This document shows positions 13,364-27,619 of a DNA stretch of 64,000 nt, piece by piece. Numbering within the stretch: position 1 is the stretch's first letter; every line of letters begins with the position of its first letter. Below the pieces are notes generated by a model, which had not been told where the DNA came from, searched no databases, and saw only the letters and a program-made list of their open reading frames with translations. Origin of the DNA: the human T2T-CHM13v2.0 reference genome, Homo sapiens; the NCBI RefSeq assembly GCF_009914755.1, contig NC_060930.1; one strand, written 5' to 3'. Both the position numbers and the translations under genes were made by a program.

Positions 13364-16300
13364 GAAGTCTTTTCTTTCTTTCTTCCTCTCTTGCTTTCTT
13401 CCTTTGTGGTGTGATGATTTTCTGTGGCCATATGCCTTGAATCCTGTCTTTATATATTTTGTGAAATTGCTATAGGCTTTTGGTTTGCAGTTATAATGAA
13501 GCTTATATTAAATATCTTAACCTTATAACAGGCTGCTTAAGCTGATAAAAACTTCATTTTAATAGTGTACAAAATTTCTACACTTTCCTTTTCTCCCTCC
13601 CACCATTCGTGATTTTGATATCAAAATTTATCTTTTTTTGTAATTTTTATATTTTAAAAATTTATTGTAGTTATTTTTAAATAGTTTTATCTTTTAACCC
13701 TCCTAGTAGGGATAGAATTGCTTTACACACCACTCTCACAGTACAAGAGATTCTGCATATGACTATGTATTACTTGTACCATTGAGAATTTTACTTTCAT
13801 ATGTTTTATGTTATTAATTAGCAGACTTTCACTTCAGCTTAAATAACTTCCTTTAGCAATTTCTGTAATGCAGTCCTAGAGGTGATACACTACCTTAGCT
13901 TTTGTTTCTCTGAGAAAGTTGTTTTCCCCTCATTTCTGATCGATGATTTTTTTTTTTTTTTTTTTTTTTTAGCTTTAGCACATTGAATATGTCATACTAC
14001 TCTCTCCTGGACTGCAGAGTTTTTGCTGACAAATCTGCTGACAGCCATGTTGGAACTCTCTTGATTGTGGTATGTCTTTTATCTCTTGCTGCTTTCAGTA
14101 TTCATTCTTTGCCTGATTTTTCATAATTTAATATGACATGTCTTCATAAACTTCTCTTTGGGTTAGATTTGACTGGTAATCTCTGAGTTTTCTGTAACCA
14201 AGTGGTGTCATCTTTCCCAAAATTTGGAAAATTGATAGCCATTATTTTCTTATATATGTTTTTCAGGACTCTGTCTTTCTCATTTTCCTCAGGAATTGCT
14301 ATTACGAAGGTTAATTCACTTGATGGTGTTCCATAATTCCCATTGATCTTCTTTACTTAGTCTCTTTTTTTTTGTTGTTTCTGCTTCTATGATTGAATAA
14401 TTTCAAATGTATTTTAGAGCTCACTGATTCTTCCTTATTCTTAATCATGTCTCCTGTTGAAACTTTCTATTGAATTTTTCAGCTCAGTTATTATCTCTAA
14501 GATTTCAAATTTTTTGTTGTTTTGTTTCTTTGTCAAACTTACCATTTTGTTCATAAGTTGCCTTGTATATTTTATTTAATTTTTGTCCATATTTTCTTGG
14601 ATTTCCCTTGGATTTTGAATTGTTAGTCTTTTCATAGATCTCCATTTTTTATAGAGTTGATTATTAGAACTTTATTCATTTCTTTTGATGGTGTCACATT
14701 TCCCTGATTTTTCATAATCCTTATGTCCTTACATAATGCTTGCACATTTGAGAAGATGGCCACCTCTTTCATCATTTGCAGGTGTTCTTTGGAATTTACA
14801 GACCTTTACCCTTTAGTCAAGCTTGGGATTTTGGATGGGCTAACTGGTAGCAACCCTGTACAGGCAAACCTTGGTGTTAGGTTCTCTAGTTGGGCTGGGT
14901 TACTTCTTGTGCTCTGAGATCATGTGGTATTGTTGGCTGTGCTCCATGTTCTGGTGATACCACTGGCTGGACTATGCCATCACACAGCTGCTGGCTAGGT
15001 CCTGTAAATATTTCTGATTGGGCAGGGATGAATATTGTCTCCATGGCTGGGCAATATTGTCTGGAATCTGAAGTTGAGAAATGCTGTGTGCAGGGCACTG
15101 AGGCTGGGTAACATCTCTGGGCTTGCTGTTTGGCCCACACTGGGTGGGTAGGGCCAGAGGTTATGTTCCACAGATATGCATGGACTTGGGCTTGCCTCTC
15201 AGTGTAAAGTGGGCTTAAGCAGAGTACCAAGAATATGTAGAGTTGCCACTCAACAGCCGTGAGTGGGTGGGACCGGATGTTCCCTCCATGAATAACCACT
15301 GACCTGCTGTTGCCTTCTGGCCTGGATAAGGCTTAACAAGAGCACCGGGGCTATGTGAGGGAGTTGATTAGGGACTCAAGTCTGGCAAACCTATGGAACA
15401 TGCTTTCTGCCACATGATTCTGTGAGCTAGTCTCTACGTTTTGGTGCCTCTGCCATCTAGAATACAGACCAACAGCCAAGATCTGTACTTTGGTTGCTGT
15501 GAGCCCCACCCTTGCATTTTGTTTCTAATTGACCTCAGGTGATCTATTCCTGCTGGTAATGTCAATGTTTCCTATAGGGCAAGACAGAAATAGGCCCCTT
15601 GCAAAGGGTCCCAGAAAGGTGGTGAGCTGAATGTCCACCTTCAACTCACTTCTTCCACTGTAAAAACCATGGATTTTGTCACATCCTCTGTGTGTAGTGC
15701 TGTCCTGGGTTATGGGAAGGGTGACATCGCCCAAGAGAACCATTCTTCTTATCTTTTGAATGCAGCATTTTTCAGTTCTAGTTTCCCAAGGGATATCTCA
15801 GCCTCACTCCTGAGTTTGGGATATTCACAAAAGTATTTTTGCCTGAGAATATTTGTTAGTTGGATTTCTGTGTGTGGGTGTGTGTGTATAGCACAGGTGT
15901 GGGCTGGAGTTGGGGGAGTAGTTTAGCTGAAGAATTCCTGTTCCACCATTTTGCTAACATCATTTCTACCAATACCCCACTTTCAACAGTGGACAGATCA
16001 TTCAGAATTAAATTAATAAAAAATTGGATGTGACCTTCACATTAAACCAAATGGACCTAAAAATTTATAGAACATTTTATCCAACTGCAGCAGATACACA
16101 TTTTTCTCAATCACACATGGTACATTCTCTAGGATAGATTATGTGTTAGGCCACAAACAAGTTTGAATACATTTCTAAGAATATTGAAATCACATCAAGT
16201 ATATTTTCCAATCACAATGCTATAAAACTATAAATGAATAATATAAAATATTTGAAAATTCACAAACACATGGGAATTAAACAACACACTCATGAACAAC

Positions 16301-16720
16301 CAATGGGTCAAAGAAGGCCTCAGAAGGAAACTTAAAAATATCTACAGACAATGAAAATGGAAACATAACATACCAAAACTTATGGAATGAAGCAAAAGCA
16401 GTTCTAAGAGGAAAGTTTATAGCAACAAATGCCTACATTAATAAAAAAGAAAGACTTTAAATAAAAAGCCTAACATTACACTACAGGGAATCAGAAAAAG
16501 AAGAAAAAACTAAAACCAAAATTAGAAGGAGGAAGGAAAAAAACAAAGAAATAAATGAGCAGAGCAGAAATAAATGAAACTGAGACTAGAAAAGTATTAA
16601 AAAAGATTAACAAAACTGGGTTTGCTTATGAAAAGATAAAATTGAGAAACTCTTAGCTAGAATAGGAAAAAGAGAGAAGATTCAAATAAATAAGATTAGA
16701 AATGAAAGATGATACACTAC

Positions 16721-18196
16721 TAGTCAAGACAATCCTAAGCAAAAGAACAAAGTTGGAGGCATCATGCTACTCAACCTCAAGCTATACTACAAGGCTACAG
16801 TAACCAAAACAGCATGGTACTCATAAAAACACAGACACATAGAAAAATGGAATAAAATAGAGAACTCAGAAATAAGACCACACATCTACAACTATCTTAT
16901 CTTCAGCAAACCTGACAAAAACAAGCAATGGGGAAAGGGTTCCCTATCTGATAAGTGGTGCTGGGAGAACTGGCTAGCCATATGCAGGAAATTGAAACTG
17001 GACCCCTTTCTTATACCTTATACAAAAATCAACTCAAGATGGATTAAAGACTTAAATGTAAAACCCAAAACTATAAAAACCCTAGAAGAAAATCTAGGCA
17101 ATACCATTTAGGACATAGTCAGGAGCAGAGATTTTATAACAAAAACATGAAAAGCAATTGCAACAAAAGCAAAAATTGAAAAATGGGATCTAATTAAACT
17201 AAAGAGCTTCTGCACAGCAAAAGAAACTATCATCAGAGTGAACAGACATGGGAGAATCAAAGAAAAGTTTTGCAATCTATCCATTTAACAAAGGTCTAAT
17301 ATCCAGAATCTACAAGGAACTTAAAACAAATTTACAAGAAAAAACCAACCCCATTAAAAAGTGGGCAAAGGACATGAACAGACACTTCTCAAAAGAAGAC
17401 ATTTATGTGGCCAAAAAACATGAAAAAAAAGCTCAACATCACTGATTATTAGAGAAATGCAAATCAAAACCACAATGAGATACCATCTCATGCCAGTCAG
17501 AATGGTGATTATTAAAAAGTCAAGAAACAACAGATGCCGGCAAGGCTGTGAAGAAATAGGAACTCCTTTACACTGTTTATGGGAATGCAAATTAGTTCAA
17601 CCATTGTGGAAGACAGTGTGGCGATTCCTCAAAGATCTAGAACCAGAAATACCATTTGGCCCAGCAATCCCATTACTGGGTATATTCGCAAAGGAATATA
17701 AACCATTCTACATGCATGACTATGTTCATTGCAGCACTATTCACAATAGCAAAAACATGGAATTAACCCAAATGCCCATCAATGATAGACTGGATAAAGA
17801 AAATGTGGTACATATACACCATGGAATACTATACATCCATAAAAAGAAATGAGAGCATGTCCTTTTCAGGGACGTGGATGGAGCTGGAAGCCATCATCCA
17901 CAGCAAACTAACACAGGAACAGAGAACCAAACACTGTTTGTTCTCACTTATAAGTGGGAGCTGAACAGTGAGAATACATGGACACAGGGAGGGGAACAAC
18001 ACATACTGGGGCCTGTTGGGAGGTGGAGGCAGGGAGAGGGAGAGTGTCAGGATAAAAAACTAATGCATGCTGAGCTTAACACCTAAGAGATGGGTTGACT
18101 GGTGCAGCAAACCACCATGGCACACGTTTACCTATGTAACAAACCTGCATGTCCTGCACATGTATTCCAGAACTTAAAATATTTTTAAAGAAAAAA
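16721..18196 (+). mobile_element. L1PA (PA8A-11-like) 3' portion
   Basis: ORFs 17248-17964 match the ORF2 C-terminus. 3'UTR present. Imperfect TSD aaagatga(ta)cact. Confidence 0.92.
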
Positions 18197-19473
18197 AGAT
18201 GACACTTATAACTGATACTACAGAAATACAAAGGATTATTAGAAACTACTCTGAACAATTGTATACCAACAAACTGGATAATCTAGAAAAAAATGACACA
18301 TTCCTGCATACATACAGTCTACCATGACTGAATCATTATGAAATAGAAAATCTGAACAAACCAATAATAAGTAAGAAGATTGAATCAGTAATAAAAAGTC
18401 TTTCATCAAAGAAAAGCACAGGACAGGATGGCTTTGCTGCTGAATTCTACCCAACATTTAAGGAATAATTAATACCAATTATTCTCAAACTTCCCAAAAA
18501 TTGAAGTGAAAGTAATACTCCCAAAACTTAATTTGTGAGGCCAGCATTACCCTGATAGCAAAGCCAGACGAGGTCATAATATGAAATAAAAATTACAAGC
18601 CAGCATTCTTGATAAACATATATGTAAAAATGCTAAATAAAATATTAACAAACTGAAATCAACAACCCATAAAAGAATCATTCGCCATGATCAAGTGAGA
18701 TTTATTCCTGAAATGCAAGAAAGATTCAACATATGCAAATTAACAAATTTCATACACTACATTAACAACATTAAGGATAAAAATCATGTGACTATCTCAA
18801 CAGATGCAGGAAAGGCATTTGCCAAAATTCAACATTCTTCATGATAAAAAACACTCAACAAATTAGATCTGCAAGGAATGTACCTCAGTACAATAAAGGC
18901 TGTATATGACAAGACCAGAGGTAACATTACCATTCATGGTGAAAAGCTGAAAGCTTTTCCCTTACCATCAGTACATAGGTAAGAATGCCCACTTTCACCC
19001 CTTTTTTTTTTCCAATAGGGTACTAGAAGTCCCAGCCATAGAAATTAGGCAAAAGAAAGAAATAAAAGGCTTCCAAATTGGAAAGGAAGAGGTAAAATTG
19101 TCTCTGTTTGCAGATGGCATATTATATATATATATAGAAAACCCTAAGTACTCTATCAAAGAAGTATTGGAACTAATAAATTAATTCAGGATAGAAAATT
19201 AATATATAAAAATTACTAGTGTTTCTCTACACTAACAACAAACTACACAATCACATTTACAACAGCATCCAAAATAGTAAAATCCTTAGAAAGAAATTTA
19301 ACCAAGGAGGTGAAAAATCTACACACTGAAAACTATAAAACATTGATGAAAAAATAAAAAATACACATAAATGGAAAGACATTTCATGTTTATAGACTGA
19401 GAGAATCAATATTGTCAAAATGTTCATACTGCCCAAGGCAATGCACAGATTCAGTGAAATTCCTATCAATGGA

Positions 19474-19793
19474 ATTTTATTATAGTTTTATACAATCTAT
19501 ATATATACATATACGTATATACACACATATACGTATATGTGTATATATGTATGTATATATGTATATGTATATGTGTATATAGATTGTATATATAATATAT
19601 AATAAATATATAGATTGTATATATATACATATACATATACATATATACACATACAAATCCCAGGAGACATTATTTTAGTTTTATACAATCTATATATACA
19701 TATACGTATATACACATATATGTATATACACATATACATATATGTATATATAGATTGTATAAAACTATAATAAAATAATGTCTCCTGGGATTT
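19474..19793. repeat. (TA)/(TATG)n microsatellite with embedded inverted repeats
   Basis: Arms 19655-19702 and 19741-19793 are reverse complements apart from a 5-nt gap. Confidence 0.92.
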
Positions 19794-20214
19794 AAAATGC
19801 ACATTGAATTAAAATACAAAAAATAAGCACAGAAGTCAGAAGATAGATAAGAGAAAATAAACTGTTCTAAAATTCTTACCTTGTATGAGAAAACCAAAGT
19901 TTTCACATAAATAAAAAAAATCCTGAAAATTTTATGGAACCACAAAAAATCCCAAATAGCTAAAGCAATGTTGAAGAAGAACAAAGCTGCAGGCATCACA
20001 CTTGGTAAGTTAACAGAAGAGGAAAATGGGCAAAGAGAAAATGAGGTAATCTTGATAAGTTAATATAGGAGAAAAATGGGCTAGATAACAGTAAAATGAT
20101 ATAAACTCAAATATATGTATCAATGATTATATTAAAAGTAAATAGCATATTTAAATTAAAAGACAAAGGAAATGACTGCATAAAAATAACAATGATAGGT
20201 TGCTTATAAGAAAC

Positions 20215-20756
20215 TGTGGGAGCCATAGACTATTGGTCCCCTAAAGGTTCACTGAAAAATCCCTGACATGAGGTCGATTAACAGGAGAAAAGGCATACGA
20301 ATTTATTTAATGTGTTTACATGGGAGTCTTCAGAATGAAGACTCAACCCAAAAATAAGATACAGAAGCTTATATACCATCCTGAGGCCACTGAAAAAAAT
20401 GTGGACTCAGAGCATGGACCCAAACAGGTTATGTGGGTAAATCAGGTTTACTGGAAAGACAGATCATGAGAGGGAGAAAGGAAGAGGTTTGGCTAGCAAA
20501 GTTGGACTTGTTATATAGATGAAGCCTCCCTCATAGAGAATAGATGGTAAATGTTTCTTTTCAGATTTTTGAAGGTGTCAGACTCTCAATCTCTCCTAGA
20601 TCCAAGAGAGGCATAGAAATGGATGGCATGGCTGCATTAATGAAGATTCTCTAGGGGTGCAAATTTCCCCTACCTCAGTCTGCTAGCCTCGAGGCAGCCA
20701 TTTCAAATATATATCAAAAGATAAATTTTGGGGTAAAATAGTTTTTATTACCTTTA
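20215..20756 (-). mobile_element. ERV1-class solo LTR (MER34/MER39-like)
   Basis: Right end gcagccatttcaaat..ttttggggtaaaata and internal aggagaaaaggcata..aatttatttaa resemble this LTR group. It interrupts L1 endonuclease-region sequence. Confidence 0.6.
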
Positions 20757-23335
20757 ATACATATTTTAAGTATACTGGCATAAAGATTGAAAGTAAAAGA
20801 ACAGAAAAAACATGCCATACAAAACACTAAATGTTATATAGTTATGCTAATATTAGATAAATTAGAAGTTAAAGCAGTAGATATTATAGAGATAAAAATT
20901 CAATCATTTAATAAGGAATTTAAAACAAAGAAATGAGATTCTAAATTTATATTTACCCAATAATACAGCCTCCAAATATATAAAGAAAATCTCTTAGAGA
21001 AATCAAAGAAGCAGGCAAATAGGAGAAGATTTTACTGACAACTCCCAGTTACTGATAAAATTAACAGGCCAAAATTAGTAAAGATATAGATGATACAGAT
21101 GATTAGGCAACGTGATTAATATACTTGACTTCATTTAAACATATAGAATACTGTGCAGTGGAACTGCAAAATACATATTCTTTTCAATTGTACATGGAAC
21201 ATTACTAAAAATAGATTATATACCAGACCATAAAGTGATTCTGAAGAAATTCTATAGTATTAGAGCCATACATAGTATGTTTTCTGTGCCAAGTAAAATT
21301 AAAGTGTAACAGAGCCTATATTTTAAAAATCTTAAGGTGTTTGCTCTACTTATTTTCCTTCTCTTTGTCCTTTTCTTCTTCCATGCATGATTGCTTGCAC
21401 TTAGTCATTTCCATAGAGAGAGAGTAGTCACTAATAATTGATTAACTTTACATCCTGACCCTTGGGAGTTGCCTACTTGATTAATGAACTTGTTTTTCAG
21501 AGAACAGTAATTCTTAGGTCATGCTGACCTCCTTGATGGCATTCAGAAGTTTGATTAGCTGAGGGATGCAAGCAGCTTTGATCACTGGGGACCTCACTTC
21601 CTGCATACTTACCTTATTCATAAAAGTCACCAGTTATGTTCAAAGCCATGTTGGATTTGAGAGTCTGCCTCTCCTCTTCTCATGCTTTAGCCAAATCAAA
21701 TAAACCTTTCTCTGCTCCTAAACAGTGATATGTCAGTGTTTGGCTTACTGTGCAAATCGTACTCAAAACTAGCTTTTGGGGTTTTTACAACAAATGTAGA
21801 AATAAAAGGGGACAACTATAATATCTCAAAATATTTAGACACTAAGCAACATACAAATAAATAATGGATTCAAAGAAGACATCATGATGATAATTTTAAA
21901 AGATTTTGGAAATTGGAAGTAGCATGAGAAAAAGGATTCATTACATGTCAGAGATGCTTAATAAAATTAACAGCAGATTTCTCATCAGAAACCATGGAGA
22001 CTAGAAGAAAATGGGATGACATATTCAAAGCTCTGAGAGACAAAAACCGTGTCAATCAAGAACACCATATCTGGCAAAATAATTCTTTTAAAATAGAGAA
22101 ATTAAGACATTGCCAGATAAACAAACATGAAGAGAGTTTGCTACTAGCAGACCTGCCCTCTAGGAAACATTGAAAAGAGTCCTTCAGGCTGAAGAGAAAG
22201 AACACGAGACAGTAACTTGAATACACGTAAAGAAAATAAAGAACACTAGTAGAGATACTGACATAGGTAAACATAAATGACAGTAAAATGTATATTCTGT
22301 TCGTAACCCTTTTTTTTCTTGTATCTGATTTAAAAGACAACTGCATAAATCAAAAATTGTAAGTCTAAGTTGATGGACACACAATGTAAAAAGATGAAAT
22401 TTGTGAAAATAACAGCATGAAAGAGACAGGAAATAGAACTTTATAGAAGCAAAGCTTTTGTATACTATTGAAATTAGGTTGGTGTTAATCCAAAATACAT
22501 TGTTATAAATGAAGTTGTCATGGTAATCCCCAGGGCACCACTAAGAAAATACCATTTAAAAATGACCCAGGAAATAAAAGTTAAACTTTTTCTACTTTAA
22601 TGGATACTATCAAGCAAGTGAAAATGGTAAAACTGGAAGAAAGTATTTGCAAATCATATATCTGATAAAGGTCAAATATCCTGAATATATACAGAATTCT
22701 TACAACTCAATAATAAAAATAAATTTAAACGAGTTTTTAACAATGAGCAAAAGGCGTGAGTAGACATTTCTATAAAAATATACAAATGGTGGATAAGCTT
22801 ATGAAAAGGTGTTCAATATCATTGGACATTAGGAAAATGCAAATTCAACCCAAAATGCAATGCCAATTTATACTTACTGAGAAGGTTATAGTTTAAACAA
22901 ATGAACAAATGTTGGGGACCCTGAAAATATGTTAGAACTCTCATACATTGCCTGTGGACATGTAAAATCATACAGCCACTGTGGAAAACATTTTTTGCAG
23001 TTTCTCAGAAAGTTAAATGTAGAATGATCATAAGATTCAGGAATTATACTCCTCAGTATGTACCATCAGGATTGAAAACACAGCTTTGCACAAAAATATG
23101 TACACTTGGTACGTAGCTGGATTACTTATAACAGCCAAAATGTAGAAACAACCCAAGTGTGTAACAACTGATGACTGGAGAAACAAAACGCTTAGTCATA
23201 CAATGAAATGTTACTCAGCACGAAAAAGGAAAGAAGTACTGATATATGGATGAACCTTGACAGCATTATGCTAAGTGAAAGAAACCAGAAACGTAAGACT
23301 ACATGTTGTATATTCCATTTATATGACATGTCCAG
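20757..23335 (+). mobile_element. Mosaic of old L1M/L1ME fragments
   Basis: Degenerate endonuclease, ORF1-end, inter-ORF and 3' ORF2-like segments. Confidence 0.7.
21305..21792 (+). mobile_element. Solo LTR (ERV1-like, family not determined)
   Basis: TG...CA termini, AATAAA near 21699, flanks aaag/aatg (3 of 4 TSD match). It interrupts contiguous L1M sequence. Confidence 0.65.
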
Positions 23336-24322
23336 TTCGTGGCTGTTGTCCCAAAGTAATACTTAACACATCCTTTTCATGTTCAAAATTGCCCCCATTT
23401 GAATGATAAATTGCAAGATAATCCTATTATTGTGTAAAATCTGTGGTAGAGTGTGAAGGTGTGTTTGATTAATCTGAGAGAGAAGAGTAGTGCTATAGAG
23501 CAATATTGGATTAGACACTTTTCCAGGATGCATTCCAGAGTAAGTTGCTTCAAACAAATTTGGTAAGACCAAGGACTAGGCCAAAAACAAGAAACAAGAA
23601 TAGTACATAAGCAATGACAACTATCATGTGAACTCTCTTCTTCTGTAAGGTACACTTATATATGTAATGATAATGACTCAGAAAGTGCTGGGAGGCAAAA
23701 CTTTCCAAATAATAATCATCTCCTATTGAATAGAAAATGCATGTTATACCAATTTTAAAAATAGTACCAAGTAGTTTTGTTTTGTGGATTACTGCTCTTC
23801 AAGAATGATTCTATCTAGTCCTCTTCATTACTTATAAATAAATACTTTCTAAGGACACTTTTTCCAAATGAAGATTTCATTTCTAAAACCTGTAACAATA
23901 TTACTTACAAGATTCTTAGTGGAGACCTTGTAAATATACCTGTGCTGTTTCAGGTATTCTAGAAAATTAAGCACATTTCTTACCTTTCTTATTGATAGCT
24001 CTTTGCATTCAGAAATGCACTATTCATTTTAAATGAAATACGAGTAACTTTCTTAATTCTATGTTACTAAAACAAAACAATTTGAATGTGCTTCCATGAT
24101 TGAAAGAAAGCATATGTCTGAAGTATCCACTTTTACTAGGAAAATTAACAAAAATGAAAATTGCTTGTGTTGAATATTTAAAAATTTGATGACAATAAAA
24201 ATTATATTTTCACTAAAGTATTCTAAAATATGATTATTAAATGGATCTCATTGATGTAACAAGGCAGTCTTGAAGTACCTACTTTAGCCTCAAGCATTGT
24301 AAATTTTTTTAAAGCCTATTTT

Positions 24323-24697
24323 GTGGAATACAATGCAGCCATAAAAAAGAATGAGTTCATGTCCTTTGCAGGGACATGGATGAAGCTGGAAACCATCATT
24401 CCCAGCAAACTAACACAGGAACAGAAAACCAAACACCACATGTTCTCACTTATAAGTGGGAGCTGAACAATGAGAACACATGGACACAGGAAAGGGAACA
24501 TCACACACCGGGGCCTGTTGGGGGTGGTGGGCAAGGGGAGGGAGAGCATTAGGACAAATACCTAATGCATGTGGGACTTAAAACCTAGATGATGAGTTGA
24601 TAGGTGCAGCAAACCACCATGGCACATGTGTACCTATGTAACAAACCTGCGCATTCTGCACATGTATCCCAGAACTTAAAGTAAAATGAAAAAAAAA
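24323..24697 (+). mobile_element. L1PA (PA7/8-like) short 3' fragment
   Basis: ORF2 terminus, 3'UTR and A tail. Imperfect TSD aaagcctattt/aatgtctattt. Confidence 0.92.
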
Positions 24698-25319
24698 ATG
24701 TCTATTTCAAATACTACTAAATATTTGAAGGACATTTTTTCTAATTAGAACAATATACACATTATATTTATAGTTTTTTTAAAACTACATTTTCATTTTT
24801 TCCTATGTGACCAACATTAGGAAAATATACTTCAGATTTTGTGGAATCTTCTTTTTGCAATATTTCCTTATTTTTGAACTTTATGTAGCAAAAAGCACTT
24901 TTCACCAGTCAGCGTTTACAACTATTTATCTAATTCCTAGTGGTCACAGGAGAGGGTCTGGCCTAAGAAAGACGCATGCTCAGTGGAGCTCATTTGCCTG
25001 GCATCTTCCAGGAAGAAAGTATCTGGAATCACTACAGGAGCATCCAGGAAGTCGGTCTCTCTATCTCTCTGTCTCTCTAGGTCTCTTTGTCTCACCCACC
25101 TTGTTAGACCAGCTTCTTCCTATCAGAAGAATTAACAGAGAAATGTCTCTAATATCAAATTTCTTGAGGCTGAGAGAAAAAAAAGGCAGAATACCATTTT
25201 GTCAGTTATTCCCAAGACAAATACTGTAGGAAACGTGAAAAGCTAGAAAGAGAAAAAGAGAATATGGTTAAATGCCTTTGCACTATATTCAGAAGGAATT
25301 GGCCTAAAACAGAGCCTAT

Positions 25320-26920
25320 ATGGAAGGAGAACAAAGTTGGGAGACTGGCACTATCCAACTTCAAGACAAAGCTACAGTAATCAAGGCAGTTTGGCACTGG
25401 CAAAAAAATAAACAAATAGGCCTACGGGACAGAATAGAGAGCTCCAAAATAGATCCACATAAATATAGTCAACTGATCTTTGACAAACTAGCAAAGGCAA
25501 AACAATGGAGAAAAGCTAGTCTTCCCAACAAATGGTACTGGAACAACTCAACATCCACATGGCAAATAGTGAATACAGTTACAAACCTTATACCTTCACA
25601 AAAATTACCTAAAAATGAACTATAACCTAAATGTAAAATGCAAAGCAATAAAACTCCTGGAAGATAACGTAGGAGAAAACCAAGATGACCTTGGTTTAGA
25701 AATGATGTTTTAGATATAACATCAAGTAAGTGATTCATTAAAGAAATAACAAAGGTTAGACTTCATTGAAATAAAAAAAAAATCTGTTCTGCAAAAGACA
25801 CTGTTAAGAGAATGAAAAGACAAGCTTGAAATTGGGAGAAACTATTTGCAAAAGACATATCTGATAATAGACTTATCCAAATTGTACAAAGAACTCTTAA
25901 ATCTCAACAATAAGAAACAAACAACCAAAAGACAATGGGCCAAAGATATAAACAGACACTTTACCAAAAAAGATATACAGATGGCAATAAGCATATAAAA
26001 AGATGTTCAACATCATGGCATTAAAACATCATGCAAATTAAAAAAAAAAAAACAATGAATTATCACCACACACATAGAAGAACTAAAATCCAAAACACTG
26101 ACAACACTTAGGATAGAGGTGGAGCAACAGGAACTCTCATTCATTACAGGTGGGAATACAAAAAGGTACAGCCACTCTGGAAGACAGTTTGGCAGTTTCT
26201 TTATAAAATGAAACAAACTTACCATATAATCCAGCAGTTGTGCTCCTTGGTATTTACCCAAATGAACTGAACACTTATATCTACACAAAAACCTGCACAT
26301 AGATGTTTACAGCAGCTTTACTGGTAACTGTCAAAACTTGGAAGCAAGACGATCTTCAGTAGTGAATGGATAAATAAACTGTGGTACATCCAGATGATGG
26401 AATATTATTTATTGCAAAAAGGAAATAAGCTATAAAAACACATGGAAGAAATGTAAATGCATATTACTAAGAGAAAGAAGCCAATCTTAAAAAAGCCAAA
26501 TGCTATATAATTCCAATTATATGACATTCTGGAAAAGATAAAACTGTGAAGGTAGTAAAAAGGTGACTGTTTGCCAGGGATTAAGCAGGAGAAAGGGAGG
26601 CATAGGCAGGACGCAGAGGATTTTTTGGCCAGTAAAGCTGCTCTGTATGATACTGAATAGGTGAGTACATGCCATTATACAGTTGTAAAATCCCTAGAAT
26701 GTACAACACCAAGAGTGAACCCTAATGTAAACTATGGATTTGGGGTGACAGCAATGTGTCAGTGTAGGTTTATCAATTATAACAAATGTGTGACTGTGAT
26801 ACAAGATGTTGATAGTAGGAGAGGCTGTGCTTGTGTGAGGGCAGGCTGTATGGGGGAACTCTGTGTACTCTGTATACAGTTTTTGCTGTGAACTCAAAAT
26901 GGCTTTAAAAACTAAAGCTT
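25320..26920 (+). mobile_element. L1MC1/2-like 3' portion
   Basis: ORF 25320-25625 is ORF2-like (KATVIKAVWHW..QLIFDK). 3'UTR tagaatgtacaacaccaagagtgaaccctaatgtaaactatgg. Confidence 0.85.
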
Positions 26921-27360
26921 TTTTTTTCTTTTTAAAAAAAGAATTTCTCGTTTTATCCTCTGCATTCACTTAGCAAAGATAAAGGTGAGCCTGGAGTTGT
27001 TTCTCAAGTCGGGGTACTGAAGAAAGAAAGTAAAGGGCTATTGTTGCCTGCCACCAGCTTTCAGATAGCCTGTCAATCAAAGATAGCTTTGTGCTGTACT
27101 CAAAGACAGCAACACAGCTCCCTGTGCTGGGGTTGTTAAAGTCGTATCTGAAATTGCACTCACTCCTCTCATAGTCCTGAGGTACCAACTCTATTTGTAT
27201 TTGTGGGCTTCAGTTTTACTCTTTCCTAAGACTTTTTCTAGATAATTTCTGTTTGTTTTTTTTTTTCTGGTGTGTAGTTTTTGTTTCACTTGTAAAGTGA
27301 ACAAAATTTAGAAATCAACGGTAAAAAAATGGAGAGAGCCCCTTAGAATTATTTTTTCAT

Positions 27361-27540
27361 TACAAAAAATTAGGCAGGCATGGTGGCGGGTGCCTGTAGT
27401 CCCAGCTACTCAGGAGGCTGAGGCAGGAGAATGGCGTGAACCCGGGAGGCGGAGCTTGAAGTGAGCTGAGATCGCACCACTGCACTCTAGCCTGGGCAGC
27501 AGAGCGAGACTCCGTCTCAAAAAAATAAAAAATAAATAAA
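27361..27540 (+). mobile_element. 5'-truncated AluY (right monomer only)
   Basis: AluY diagnostic gaatggcgtgaacccgggaggcggagcttg. Perfect 16-bp TSD AGAATTATTTTTTCAT at 27345-27360 and 27541-27556. Confidence 0.95.
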
Positions 27541-27619
27541 AGAATTATTTTTTCATACATACATTTAAAAAACATGGCAATGCTCTATACTTTAGATGAT
27601 AAAGTTGTTTTGCATGGGA

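Larger units (their letters stand above)
15971..20003 (+). mobile_element. Old L1M host element, part 2 (ORF2), interrupted by an L1PA and a palindromic filler
   Basis: ORF2-like sequence resumes where part 1 stopped. It continues after 18196 (ataactgatactacagaaatacaaagg) and after ~19900. Confidence 0.8.
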
